This document shows positions 1-16,776 of a stretch of DNA of 64,000 bases, piece after piece. Source of the stretch: the human T2T-CHM13v2.0 reference genome, Homo sapiens. Positions within the stretch are counted from its first letter, which is position 1, and each line of letters begins with the position of its first letter. The stretch is taken from assembly GCF_009914755.1 (NCBI RefSeq), contig NC_060928.1. One strand, written 5' to 3'. The notes under the pieces are model-generated. The model saw only the letters and a list, made by a program, of their open reading frames with translations. It did not search any database and had not been told where the DNA came from. The translations under genes were made by a program, and so were the position numbers.

Positions 1-26
1 ATGGTTCCTACCAAACTGGAGCCTAG

Positions 27-454
<428 letters not shown>

Positions 455-754
455 TAATTTTTCTTGGTTGCAACCCAAGATGAGAGCTAGAATAGATGCA
501 GATTCTGATGCACACCCCTATGGACCTCAGGAACATGCTTTTCCCTCATTCTCCTTACTGAGAATCATCTCTCAACAGCCAAAATCAGTAGGGTGGACTG
601 GGTAACCTTGTTTACACTATTGCCCTGCACTATCTGTCACGGAGTAACAAGGAGAACCAAAGCTACTCATCTTTAACCTAAGTACTGAAGGAGTCAGATA
701 CATCATTAGGTAGACAAGCTAGCAAGGAGAATAAGAGCATGTGTACATGGTGAG

Positions 755-941
755 AGACTGGGTTTGGGTCCTGGCCTCACATTTGCTAGGTGAGCGATGT
801 TGGACACTCCATTTCTTTGTACAAGAGGACAACAAAACTCTTCTCATGGAATTGTTATCTAAATTAAATGACGGGATTGTAAGATGCTTGGGACTGGCCT
901 GGCGTGTAGTAAGTGCTATGTAATAATAGCTATTATTATTA
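755..941 (+). mobile_element. MIR SINE fragment
   Basis: MIR core-like start and 3' end cctggcgtgtagtaagtgct...tagctattattatt. Confidence 0.7.
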
Positions 942-1549
942 TTAGAATTCTAGAAATAATGGTAATGTCCATCTTTTTCATAGAAAAATTACTCTATTAT
1001 CTATGACAGTAGAAAGGAGGAAAAAGAGCAATTAGCTGGGCCAAAGGGTGGTTCATTTGGCCTTATAAGGTTTTCTTCCAGTAGAGCACGTGGGAAGCCT
1101 CATAATTCCCAGCCTTGATCTTGATCTTCTGTTAGAACTTGGAAAATGAATTCAACAGTGATTTTTCCTGGCAAGCAGTGACACTTCTATGGATTTGCTA
1201 TGATAATATGGTGAATCTCAGGTGTAGAGTTCTAGTGCTCCTGGAAAACTGGCTTGTGGTGCTTAAGAGATTGGTTGTGAGGCTGTTATCTGACTGGGTG
1301 GATTTCTCCATAGCTGGTCCACTGCCTTCTGTCATTCTGATGGATTCCTATCAAAACAATCCCTGGAACTTCATAGCTTACAATGAACCACCATCATGTC
1401 CTCTTGGTCAAAAGGTCACCTAGTCACTTTAGTCAGCCTAAAGAGTCACTGATGCTTGTTATATTCCTTCCCATACTACCTGAGGTATGTGATTCAAGCA
1501 AATGACCATACTTATTAATAATAATAATTGCAATAGCATGTGCCAGGGT

Positions 1550-1771
1550 AGCTTCTAACATTTATTCAGTACTTACCATGTGTCAGGCTCTGAGCAATAT
1601 TGCTTTCAATCATTATGGATTCCTATAAATGGGTATTATTAATGTCCTTAGTCCTCAAATGAGAAAACAGTGGAGCAGAGAAATGAACTTTCTAAGGTAA
1701 TACAATATGTCTGAGCACAGCTGGGATTTGGACCATAGCCTTCTGGACTCAGAAACCTGTGTCCTTAGCCA
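1550..1771 (-). mobile_element. MIR SINE
   Basis: Antisense MIR motifs acttaccatgtgtcaggc, aaatgagaaaacag, gctgggatttg. Confidence 0.7.
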
Positions 1772-2359
1772 ATCTGAAGGTTTGCTGGAAGGAGTGGGGG
1801 CATAGTCTTTCTAATCATGTCAGGGAGGTGGAGTCTAGGTTTACCACCTTTCAGGAAACTTTGTGAAGCTGTTATTTCTGACCTTTCATAATAAAAGTGT
1901 TGCAAGGATTTGGAAAGGCCCTTATGTTCTTTGGGAAGTGCTTGTTTAATTTTTATGATGAAAATTTTTGCTTTCCTTTTTCATCTGCTCCATAGCCTCT
2001 CTGCTAAACATAGTACCAATTATTGCTCTTTCTAGATTTAGAAATAGATTGTTTGAAGCTGGGCTTTGTGTCAAGTGTTCCCCAGTAAAATTATAATTTA
2101 CCTCAGAAACCTTATCTCATTGCTATGTGACTGTTTTCCTTAAGGTGGGAAGTACTGACACAGTAGAACACTAGGGGTCAGAGCGTCTCAGACCAAGTCA
2201 GTGCTTGCTTACAAACCAGGAGCGACCTGGGGAAATCTCTTCTAGCTTTAGTTTTCTCATTTGTAAAATTAAATTATTTCTAAGGTCTCATGTTCAAATG
2301 CTTGTGTCATTAATTTCCAAGTCCAAGTGGGGGACAAATGATAGGATCTAGAACAATGT

Positions 2360-3000
2360 AATAAATAGTTAAGAGCCTAAGGTATAGAGTCTATCTGCCA
2401 GGGTTTGAACCTTGGCTCTACCAATTACTGACCTCTAACTTTTAGTCAGCTACTGTTGTAAAATGGATTTTCCAGAAGCAGACACTGAGTAGTTTGGTGC
2501 AGGATAGTTAGGGATAAATACAAATAAAAGGAAGGAGAAGGAAGCAAGATTGTAAAGAGAGTGAAACTGAACTGTGATGTAGGCCTGACAAAGCCTTGGC
2601 CAATCCTATGGAGAACTCTGGAGCTTATGCACCTGTCAGATCTGTCCCATGGTTTAGGCCTTTAAACCCTTTTGTGATTCATTACTTTATCAAGTAATAA
2701 AGCTTCACATCAAGCCTTATTACTTGATAAAGGCTTCCCTGGAAAGGCTATACCCTTGAGCAAGGTGGTTCTCTGCAGCCAAGGAAAGAGCTGGAAGAAC
2801 AAGTCATTTCTTGAAGGAGAATTTGGTGGTGCATTTCCACTACAGCTACATGACCCTTTCATGTCTCAGTTTCCTTGTTAACCAAGATGTCATAACAATA
2901 GAGTTTACATCTAAGGGTATTGTGACAACTAAATGGATTATTATATAGAAAGTGCCTTGAACAGCAGAGAGGGATACAGAAAGCTCTTGATATCTATTAC
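2360..3000 (+). mobile_element. MIR split by an LTR16 insertion (MIR pieces ~2360-2453 and ~2850-3000)
   Basis: gttaagagc...gggtttgaaccttggctctacca resumes after the LTR as tgtctcagtttcct...aaagtgcctt. Confidence 0.7.
2454..2844 (-). mobile_element. ERVL solo LTR, LTR16-like
   Basis: TG...CA ends. 5-bp TSD gctac (2449-2453, 2845-2849). Body resembles the LTR16 reverse complement (gaagcagacactgag...ccactaca). Confidence 0.75.
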
Positions 3001-3189
3001 TGATGATGATGATAATAATTATAATGCTGTAGAATTTTTAAGCTGTCAGGGGAGTTAGAGATAATGTCATTCAGTGGTTCTCAAATTTCAGCATGTATCA
3101 GAATCACTTGGAGGGCTTGTTAAAACACAGGTTGCTAGACTGTATCCCTAGAGTTTTTGACTCAGTAGGTTTTGGATGGAGCTTGAGAA

Positions 3190-5035
<1,846 letters not shown>

Positions 5036-5167
5036 ACCTTCCTTCCTTTCCCCCTTCCTTTTCCCTTTCCCTTTCCCCTTCCCTTCCCTTTTTCCTTCCT
5101 TGCTTTCTTTCTTTCCTTCTTTCCTTCCTTCCTTTCTTTCTTTTCCCTCCCCTTTCCCTTTCCTTTC

Positions 5168-5441
<274 letters not shown>

Positions 5442-5519
5442 TCTAATTAGCATTTCTAATAGGTTTCCAAGTGATGCTGATATTGCTGGTTTTGGTATCA
5501 TACTTTGAGAACCACTGAT

Positions 5520-5650
5520 CTATGCATTTCCTTTTCTGATAGAGGAATTGAATATGGGTAATGATTGGCCACTGTCCTGTAGTTAGGTTGTAGCAGAAGT
5601 AGAATTAGATCCAGAATTGATATTCTCAGTCTGCCACTCTTTCCACTGTT
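5520..5650 (-). mobile_element. MIR fragment
   Basis: Degenerate antisense MIR core ending ctctttccactg. Confidence 0.5.
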
Positions 5651-6202
5651 GTAGCACCTACATTTGTTACTTCAGCACTGAAATGACTTCTTCAGAGCTG
5701 ATACTAACCACAGAGGATAAAAATATTTTGTTTATACCAAGATTTTTCAAACGTGACTAATAGTATATGTAACACCTGAATCAGTACATTTACTTCATGA
5801 GTTCCTTCAGGTAGTTACTTTTATGGAATAATTCCTGGTGGTACATTTCCCTTTTCCAGCACTCCTGGGGATATCTGAAATAAAAGACAAGTGTTTTTGC
5901 CATAAAGTTTAATTAAGAAGGCTAATTAAGAGAATATACCATATAACATGTATCAAACTAACTTTATCCTCCAGGGCAGATGTGAATTTCATCTCCCCTC
6001 ACCAACCTCCATACCTACCCAACACACACACTGAATACTCTTCTCAGGAATCAATAGCTCTCTCTCTTTTCTACCCTAGGCTCACTCTTACTTGTGGCAA
6101 GTGCTGAGTCTTAGAAAAACCAGAACTGCACTTGCTAAATTGCTATGTCTTTTCTCTGCTGACAAAGGACAAACCTCTTATTTGTTAAGGCTGCAGTCTT
6201 GA

Positions 6203-6513
<311 letters not shown>

Positions 6514-6919
6514 AGTTGTGGCTGTCTTCTGAGACACCATGTGGGTCTTGCAGTCTTGTACCCCTTTGTCATGATTCTGTATCGTGGAACTCTGGGCTGA
6601 TTCTGCCCAGACTAGGGGAACTTGACAATTTTCTGGGGGATGTCATCCTATTACTGATTTTACTTCTTCATGAGTGTTTAAGGTTTCTTTTAATTTCTTC
6701 CAGAGTCACTTTCACTGCTTTAGAATTACTCTTCCTCAGCCTCTCTCAAAGTTATGCGGTAGCAGATTCCTCACCCGTAGCTTTATTCTATATGATGGAT
6801 CTTTCCAGTGAGCATGAAAAAAGGTATGAGTATATGTTTTATGATTGTTTAGCTTCTTATTTGAAATCAGAGAAGACAGTAATTGAGGAGTCAGGGCATA
6901 CTTTTAAAACCTGCTGAAT

Positions 6920-7556
<637 letters not shown>

Positions 7557-7747
7557 GGTAAAAAACATAACCTGTGACCATATGTACCATTGACTTCTGG
7601 ACCAAAGACTTAGGGTAAACTTCCTTTTACTAATTTGTGTGTGACAGTCAACCAGACCTTTTTGCTGCTCCGTTTCACTTGCCTTAACCTTGGTAAACTA
7701 GGAGAATTTGCTGCTGTTTTGGTTACTGCCCTTAAAATGCAGCATAA

Positions 7748-7837
7748 ATTTTTTTTTTGACAAGGTCATGCTCTGTCACACATGCTGGAGTGCAGTGGTG
7801 TGATCAAGGCTACTGCTGCCTCAACCTCCTGGGCTCA
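7748..7837 (-). mobile_element. Truncated AluJ-type 3' fragment
   Basis: Poly-T followed by gctctgtcac...cctcctgggctca. Confidence 0.85.
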
Positions 7838-8635
7838 GTCTAAAGGGTCTTTAGGGAAGAATATCCATCTGTAGAATCATAACTAGTCTCCAAACCAACA
7901 CTGTCAGCTGGAAGCAGTTCCTCAGGAACTAACAATGCAAAAGATACAACAGTTTTAAGACAAAGATCTGCTCACTCTTATCTAAGTAAAGGAATGTAAA
8001 GGGATTTTAAGTTTACTTTTGAGCTGAGTTCACCAGGGAGCAAATCAAGACCAGGATTGAATAACTGATTTTATAAATGCAGCCTGTGAGCTAGATATGC
8101 CTCTGAGCTGTGTCCTGGGGGCAGTGTACAATGTGCTGTACGAATCCACACAGCTGGAGCAGGATTCTTATCTTAAAATTCTAAAGCAATTAATGCATAG
8201 GCTTAATGTCCTTCCTCTAACAAAGCATCTAAGAAATGCCACAAGTCAAGGGAAGAGGGAGGAACCATCAAGGTGATATGAATGGCGAATGGTGAGTATT
8301 CCCTTGCTCTCAGTGTCCAGGACAGAGGCTGCACCCGGTCTTTTTCAGACAGTTTCCTGAAGTTGAATAGTAAAAACGCAAATACAAAACTGCTGAAACA
8401 CAGGCTGACTCAATTGTTAACAGCTCTAGGAATTTCAGAAGGTGCAGGTGGGAAGCAATGTCTTATTGTGTTTTACAAATGATAAAATTAATTCCAAAGG
8501 GTGCCTGTGATAGTACAACTTGATTCTGTTATCACACTCACAAGTGAGGTTTGTTGTAACTTATTTTTAAAAGCAGTCCACATAAAATATGTATGTTCTT
8601 TATCTTTCTAATTTCAAAATAATTTCGGAAAAATC

Positions 8636-9270
8636 TTTTTAAATTTTTATTTGAAGTTCTGGGGCACATGTGTGGGATGTGCAGGTTTGTTACCTAGGTA
8701 AATGTGTGCCATGGTGGTTTGCTGCACAGATCAGCCCATCCCCTAGGTATTAAGCCCAGCAGCATTCGCTATTTTTCCCGATGCTCTCCCTTGCCTGCCC
8801 CACAGGCCCTAGTTGTGTCGTTCTCCCTCTGTGTCCATGTGTTCTCATTGTTCACCTCCCACTTATAAGTGAGAACATGTGGTGTTTGGTTTTCTGTTCC
8901 TGTGTTAATTTGCTGAGGATAACAGCTTCTAGCTCCACCCATGTCCCTGCAAAGGACATAATCTTGTTCCTTTTTATGGCTGCGTAGTATTCCATGATGT
9001 ATATGTACCACACTTTCTTTATCCAGCTTATCAGTTGGTGGGAATGTAAATTCGTTCAGTCATTGTGGAGGCAGTGTGGCAATTCCTCAAAGAGTTAGAA
9101 CTAGAAATACCATTTGTCACAGCAATCACATTGCTGGGAATATACCAAAAGGAATAAAAATCATTCTGTTATAAAGAGACATGCATGCATATGTTCACTG
9201 TAGCACTATTCACAATAGCAGAAATATGAAATCAACCCAAATGCCCATCAATGATAGACTGAATAAAGAA
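8636..9270 (-). mobile_element. L1PA8-10-like 3' end with 5' inversion (8636-9033 minus, ~9035-9270 plus)
   Basis: L1PA 3' UTR and ORF2 C-terminus. Orientation switches at ~9034. Confidence 0.88.
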
Positions 9271-10304
9271 ACAGTCTTATAGAAAGAAAAGATATATGGA
9301 GCTGGGTCTACCTTTTTGTGAGTTACTGAAATAGAACTTTGATTTTATTTTTGTCGTTGCACAAATTGGAAGGATAAAAAGAATGGCATAATATTAAGTT
9401 TGGTTGGGAGAAGAAAGACCAGGGGCCCATCTGAAATATTCTTTTGATTACGTTGCATTATTCCATATTCCAGAATGAGAAATGTGGAAAGGAAGACCAA
9501 AGACATTCATCAAGGAGTTGGGTGGAGGGGCTCAGAATTGAGAATTCTCAACAAGCAAAGGCAGTTCTCAGAAATGAAGCTTCTTCTAAGTACAAAAATG
9601 CCTCCACTCTTTTTGTCTTTACCTCTAATGCGGTTTCTTTCCTTGGTGGAGCCTCACCAGTATTACTGGTTACATGAAAAAAATGAACTTTTGCAGTGTT
9701 TTAACTGACTAACAATATATTGTGGCTCCAGATACTCCAATAGCTAAAATATGTAGCAGTCCCCCTGTTAATGAGGATGGTAAGGCTGAAGCCACTCTGG
9801 CCAACGTTGGCAGTTTCTTTGCAGTTTCAATTCATACGTTATGTTTTAATCTCTGGAGTTTAGAGACAGTCCCTATTATTTCAGCAAATAAAGTCTGCAA
9901 TCATTGGTAACCAGTAAAAACCTTGCTGAGACAGCAGAGGGAACATTCTAGGAAGAAGAGGGATGTAAAATACTGGAATATTTCTTAAAAATGGTGTGAG
10001 GCATTATTATTACCCATTTTAGTCTTGAAAATGTGCTATGGATTGTGCTAGATGATAGTAGTTATTTTATTCTATTATGTCTGCGGTGTTATTCTCTGGA
10101 TTTAAATCTAGATCTAAATGAAATTTTGCTTTAAAGAGTGAAGTAGAGATCAAGCATTATTTCATAGTAGTTAGTTTTTGTGCTAGCAGCAGCTGCTTTG
10201 TTCAGTCCTGCAGGGTTAAATTGTTATGGCCTTCAGGTTTCAACTTTTGTTATTAATTCATGGGTCCACTAGATCTCCTGGTTTAGTTGTTTTAACTGCA
10301 ATAA

Positions 10305-10709
<405 letters not shown>

Positions 10710-11415
10710 TAATCAGCAAAACTACTGTGGTGGGTAAACCCCAAAACATTGGCTTCCTCCTGGAAGGGGGATTGACACAAAAGAGCATGATAAAACTTTC
10801 TGGGGTAATGATAATATTCTATATCTTTACAGGGGTTTTGGTTACACAGGCCTATACAAGGGTAGGCCTTTATATTTACTTAGAGAGTTGCCATCTCTGA
10901 TGTCCTGTCATCTTTCCTGAAGATCCAGGTTTTAGTCTGGTATCATTTGCCCTTGGGCTGAATAAAATTTTGAAGAATTTCTTGTAGAGTGGCTCTACTG
11001 GTGATAAATTCTCTTAGTACTTTTTTAACAGATGAAAATGTCCTTATGTTGTCTTCATATGTGAAGAATATTTTTACTTAACATACAGTTCTTACTGGAG
11101 AGAGTTTTTCTGTCAGTATTTAAAATATAATGTTCCTTATCCTATTCAATGTAGTACTGGAAGACCTAGCCAGAGCAATCAGGCAAGAGAAAGAAATAAA
11201 GGCACCCAAACAGGAAAAGAGGGAGTCAAATTATCTCTCTTCACTGACGATATGATGCTATACCTAGAAAACCCTAAAGATTCTGCCTAAATCTCCTAGA
11301 CCTAATACACAACTTCAGCAAAGTCTCAGGATACAAAATCAATGTACAAAAATCAGTAGCATTTTTATACACCAACAATGTTCAAGCTAAGAAACAAATC
11401 AAGAATTCAATCCCA

Positions 11416-11714
11416 GTTGAGCATGGTGGCTGCTGCCTGTAATTCCAGGACTCTGGGAAGTTGAGGTAGTAGGATTGCTTGAGGCTAGGAGTTTGAGACC
11501 AGCTTGGGCAACATAGGGAGACCTTGTCTCTATGAAAAATAAAAATTATTAGCCTGGCATGGTTGTACATGCCTGTTGTCCCAGCTATTTGGGAGTCTGA
11601 GGTAGGAGGATTGCTTGGGTCCAGGATTTCAGGTTATGGTGAGCTATGATTGCACCATTGAGCTCTAGCCTGGGCCACAGAGTGAAACCCTGTCTCAGAA
11701 ACAAACAAACAAAA
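11416..11714 (+). mobile_element. AluJ inside the L1
   Basis: J-type ggattgcttgagg and gcaacataggg. TSD aagaattcaatccca at 11401-11415 and 11715-11729. Confidence 0.93.
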
Positions 11715-11884
11715 AAGAATTCAATCCCATTTACAGTAGTCACCACAACAAAATATTTTATTACATGAAAGATCTCTACAAGAAGAACTATAAAACACTG
11801 TTGAAAGAAATCACAGACAACACGAATGAAAAAGCATTCAGTGCTCATAAACTGGAAGAATCAATAACGTGAAAATGTTCATAG

Positions 11885-12251
<367 letters not shown>

Positions 12252-12543
12252 TGTTGTTGTTTGAGGCAGAGTCTCACTCTGTCACCCAGTTGGAAAGCAG
12301 TGGTGTGACCTTGGCTTACTGCAACCTCCACCTCCAGGGTTCAAGCGATTCTCTTGCCTCAGCCTCCTGAGTAGCTGGCATTACATGCACACACCACGAT
12401 GTCCAGCTAATTTTTTTATTTTTAGTAGAGATGGGTTTTCATCATGTTGGCCAAGCTGGTCTTGAACTCTTGACCTCAAGTGATCTGCCTGCCTCAGCCT
12501 CCCAAAGTGCTGGGATTACAAGAGTGAGCCACTGCACCTGGCA
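12252..12543 (-). mobile_element. AluS (Sx/Sz-like)
   Basis: Full antisense Alu. cactgtcattttt flanks the pair. Confidence 0.93.
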
Positions 12544-14702
12544 TCACTGTCATTTTTCACAGAATTAAAAAAAAATTCTAAAATTCATATGGAACCAGAA
12601 AAGAGCGCACATAGCGAAGTCAATCCTAAGCAAAAAGAATAAAGCCAGAGGCATCACATTATTCAACTTCAAACTATATCACAAGGCTACAGTAACCAAA
12701 ACATCATGGCACTGGTTCAAAAATAGACACATAGAACAATGAGACAGAATAAAACCCCTGAAATAAAGATATATACCTAAAACCAACCAGTCTTCTACAA
12801 AGTTGACAAAAATAAACTATGGTGAAAAAATACCCTATTCAATAAATGTTGTAGGGAAAACTGGCTAGCCATATGCAGAAGAATGAAACTGAACCCCCAC
12901 CTTTTGCCACATACAAAAATTAACTCAAGATGGATTAAAGACTTAAGTGTAAGATCTCAAACTATAAAAGTCCTAGAAGTAAACCTGGGAAAATACTTTT
13001 CTGGACACTGGCCTAGGCAAAGAAATTATGACTAACCCTCAAAAGCAAATGCAGTAAAAACAAAAATTGACAATTGGGACCAAATGAAACTACAACGCTG
13101 CTGCATATCAAAAGGAACTATTAACAGTGTAAATAGACAACCTATAGAATGGAAAAAAAATGTTTGCGAACTATGCATCCAACAACTAATATTCAGAATC
13201 TATAAGAAACTTAACAAGAAAACACAAATGACCTCATTAAAAAGTCGGCAAAGGACATGAATAAACGCTTCTCAAAAGAAGACATACAAGTGGCCAAAAA
13301 CATATGTAAAATGTACAAATACTAATCATCAGAGAAATGCAAATCAAAACCACAAAGAGATATACCCCCTTATACCAGGCAGAATGGCTATTATTAAAAA
13401 GTTAGGAAATAACAGATGTTGGCAAGATTGATGAGAAAACGGAATGCTTATACACTGTTGGTGGGAATGCAAATTAGTTCAGCCACTGTGGAAAGCAGTT
13501 TGAAAATAGCTGAAAGAATTAAATATGGAATTATCATTTGACGGGCAATCCTATTACTTGGTATATTCCCAAAGGAAAACATATTGTTCTACCAAAAAGA
13601 TACCTGTACTTGTATGTTTATTGCAGCACTATTCATAATAGCAAAGACATGGAATCAACCCAGGTGCCCATCAGTGATGGATTGGTTAAAGAACATGTGG
13701 TACTTATATACCATGGAATGCTACACAGCCATAAAGAAGAATGAAATCATGTCCTTTGCAGCAACATGGATGCAGCTAGAGGCCATTATCCCAAGTGAAT
13801 TAACACAGAAACAGAAAACCAAATACTACTGCATGTTCTCATTTATAAATGGGAGCTAAACATTGGGTACATATGGACACTGGAGAACAATAAACACTGG
13901 GGATTTCAATATTGGGGAAGCAGTGGAGGACAGATTGAAAAACTGCCTGTTGGGTACAATGTTCACTCTTCGGTCGATGGGATCATTTGAAGCCCCAACC
14001 TCAGCATCATGAGATACACCCATGTAACAAACCTGCACACGTACCCCAAGAATCTAAAATTTAAAAAAGGAATTATATTTAACATGTGTATTTAGAACCC
14101 TAACATATAATATACATAAAAGTGGTACTTTGTAGTTTAAATGTATTTTATCATTTTAATTGTGAAAGATTTTTCTGTTATAAATGGGATCAGTGGAAAT
14201 AATAAAGCTCTTCTGATAAGGTGAAAATTTGCAACCAAAAAAAGAGATAAAAGATAATGTTTCTTGTATTGTTACAATTTCTGCTGATAAATTTTGAATC
14301 TGTGTTTTCCTGTATGTGACATGTCATTTTCTTTTGACTGCTTTCAAGAATTTCCTTTAACTCTAGTTATTAGTAGTTTGACTATGATGGGCCTAGGTAT
14401 GGTTTCTTTGCCCATATCCTGCTTGGCTTTTACTGAGCTTCCTGAATATGAAAATTTATGGTTTTAAAATCTAATTTAAGCAGTCTTGGGGCACTGTTGC
14501 TTCAATAAGTTGTATGCCTCATCCTGACTTACCACTCTTTCTTGAATTGTATTCATGTCTGTCGGACATTTAATATTGCCCTCAGGTCCTTGAACTGTTC
14601 ACTTTAAAAAATCTTTTTTTCTCATGTTCTATATAGATTTGTCTTCAAGTTGCTGACTCTTTTCTCCATCACTTCCACTCTGTTATTAAACCAATACAAT
14701 AA

Positions 14703-15000
<298 letters not shown>

Positions 15001-15009
15001 CAATTAAGT

Positions 15010-15308
<299 letters not shown>

Positions 15309-16137
15309 CAATAAACTTTTGATTCCAGAAATTGTGTTTTGGTTTTAGAATTTCCATTTGGTATTTTTTATTATTTATATTTCTCTGTTGAAATTTTCTA
15401 TAATTTTGAGCATGTATTCCTTTGCTTTCTTGAGCATAATTATAACAGCTGTTTTAAAATTCTTGTCTGCTAATTACAACATTCAGATCGTCTCACCAAT
15501 GGTCTTGGTTGGTTGTATTGTAAGAATGAGTTATGTATTTCTTCTTGTATGTTGATTAATTCTAGATTTTCTTCTAGGTATTGGGAAAATTATTTTGTAG
15601 AAACTCTCAAGTCTGCTATATTTCTATTAGGAGAGTTTTATAAGACAATTTACTTGCTTGGACTCAAAACTCTTTTTTTGGTAGTAGTTCAAATCATATT
15701 TCAATTGTTTTAGTGTAGTTGCCCTGCTGTGAATCTGTTTCCTGCCTGCATTCATCAGGCAGCTGAGATTTTGCAGAGATTCAGTATATAACATGGTGCT
15801 CTCACTCTCTCATTCTCTTCCTGAGATGTGACCCCTCTCTTTGTAGTACCTATGATTGTTATGAATTCTGTATTGTTTTTTGTCTGGCCAGAAATATGTC
15901 AGAAATGTGTGTCTTTTTATGTCAAAGTTTTAGTCACTTCACCTGGCATCACCTTTATGCTGGTCTCATTAAAAGTCATAAAAATTGTAAACACGTCCTG
16001 TCTGGTGCTGGTTTTTTCTTCCAATTTTTTGTCTTCCCTCCAGAATTTGCCTGCTTATTTACACTCTCCAGTGCTTTCAGGTCTTTATTTTGCTCACAGT
16101 TAATAGCTGATATCTGCAGGAAGATCAGGCTTCATAG

Positions 16138-16776
16138 AGGGGGGTGGAGTTGGCGGGACTTCCTGGGACGGTTCAGGGACTTTTGCAAAAGACCCCTGTG
16201 ACTCAGGGTTTTGAGTTCTTAACCAACTGAGTGAAGGATTCAAAATTAACCACGCCAAGGGAGGATTGAAAAAAGAACCACTCTCAGTGGACAAAAAGAA
16301 AGAAAGGGGAGGGGGTAACACAGGGATATAAGCCCTAGCCACTCGAGCCAGCAACAGTAACCCTTCCGGGTCCCCTTCCACCACGTGGAAGCTTTCCTTT
16401 CGCTTTGTTCAATAAACTGTGAGGCTGCTCACTCCTCACTTTCCTGGTCCGTGGACTCTGTCGTCCAGGCTGGAATGCAGTGGCGCAATCTCGGCTCACT
16501 GCAAGCTCCGCCTCTCGGGTTAACGCCATTCTCCTGCCTCAGCCTCCCGAGTAGCTGGGACTACAGGTGCCCACCACCACGCCTGGCTAATTTTTGTGTG
16601 TGTGTTTTTTTTAGTAGAGACAGGGTTTCACCGTGTTAACCAGGATGGTCTCGATCTTCTGACCTTGTGATCCATGGACTCTTTTTGAGCTGTAACACGC
16701 CCCGTGAAGGTCCCCAGCTTCATTCTTCGAAGTTAGGGAGACCATCAACCTAAAGGCAGGAAACAGTCCTGACTCA
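16138..16776 (+). mobile_element. ERV1 solo LTR related to the LTR12/ERV9 group (exact family uncertain)
   Basis: R/U5 motifs cgagccagca, gggtccccttccac, gtggaagctt, aataaa, gagctgtaacac. 4-bp TSD atag at 16134-16137 and 16777-16780. Confidence 0.8.
16456..16673 (-). mobile_element. AluY fragment lacking both the tail and the 5' end
   Basis: AluY diagnostics. Flanked by tcc(g/a)tggactct. Confidence 0.9.

Noticed and set aside
13584-13859. ORF similar to the L1 ORF2p C-terminus (also 51795-52163)
   Set aside because: Fragments of truncated, disrupted L1 copies.
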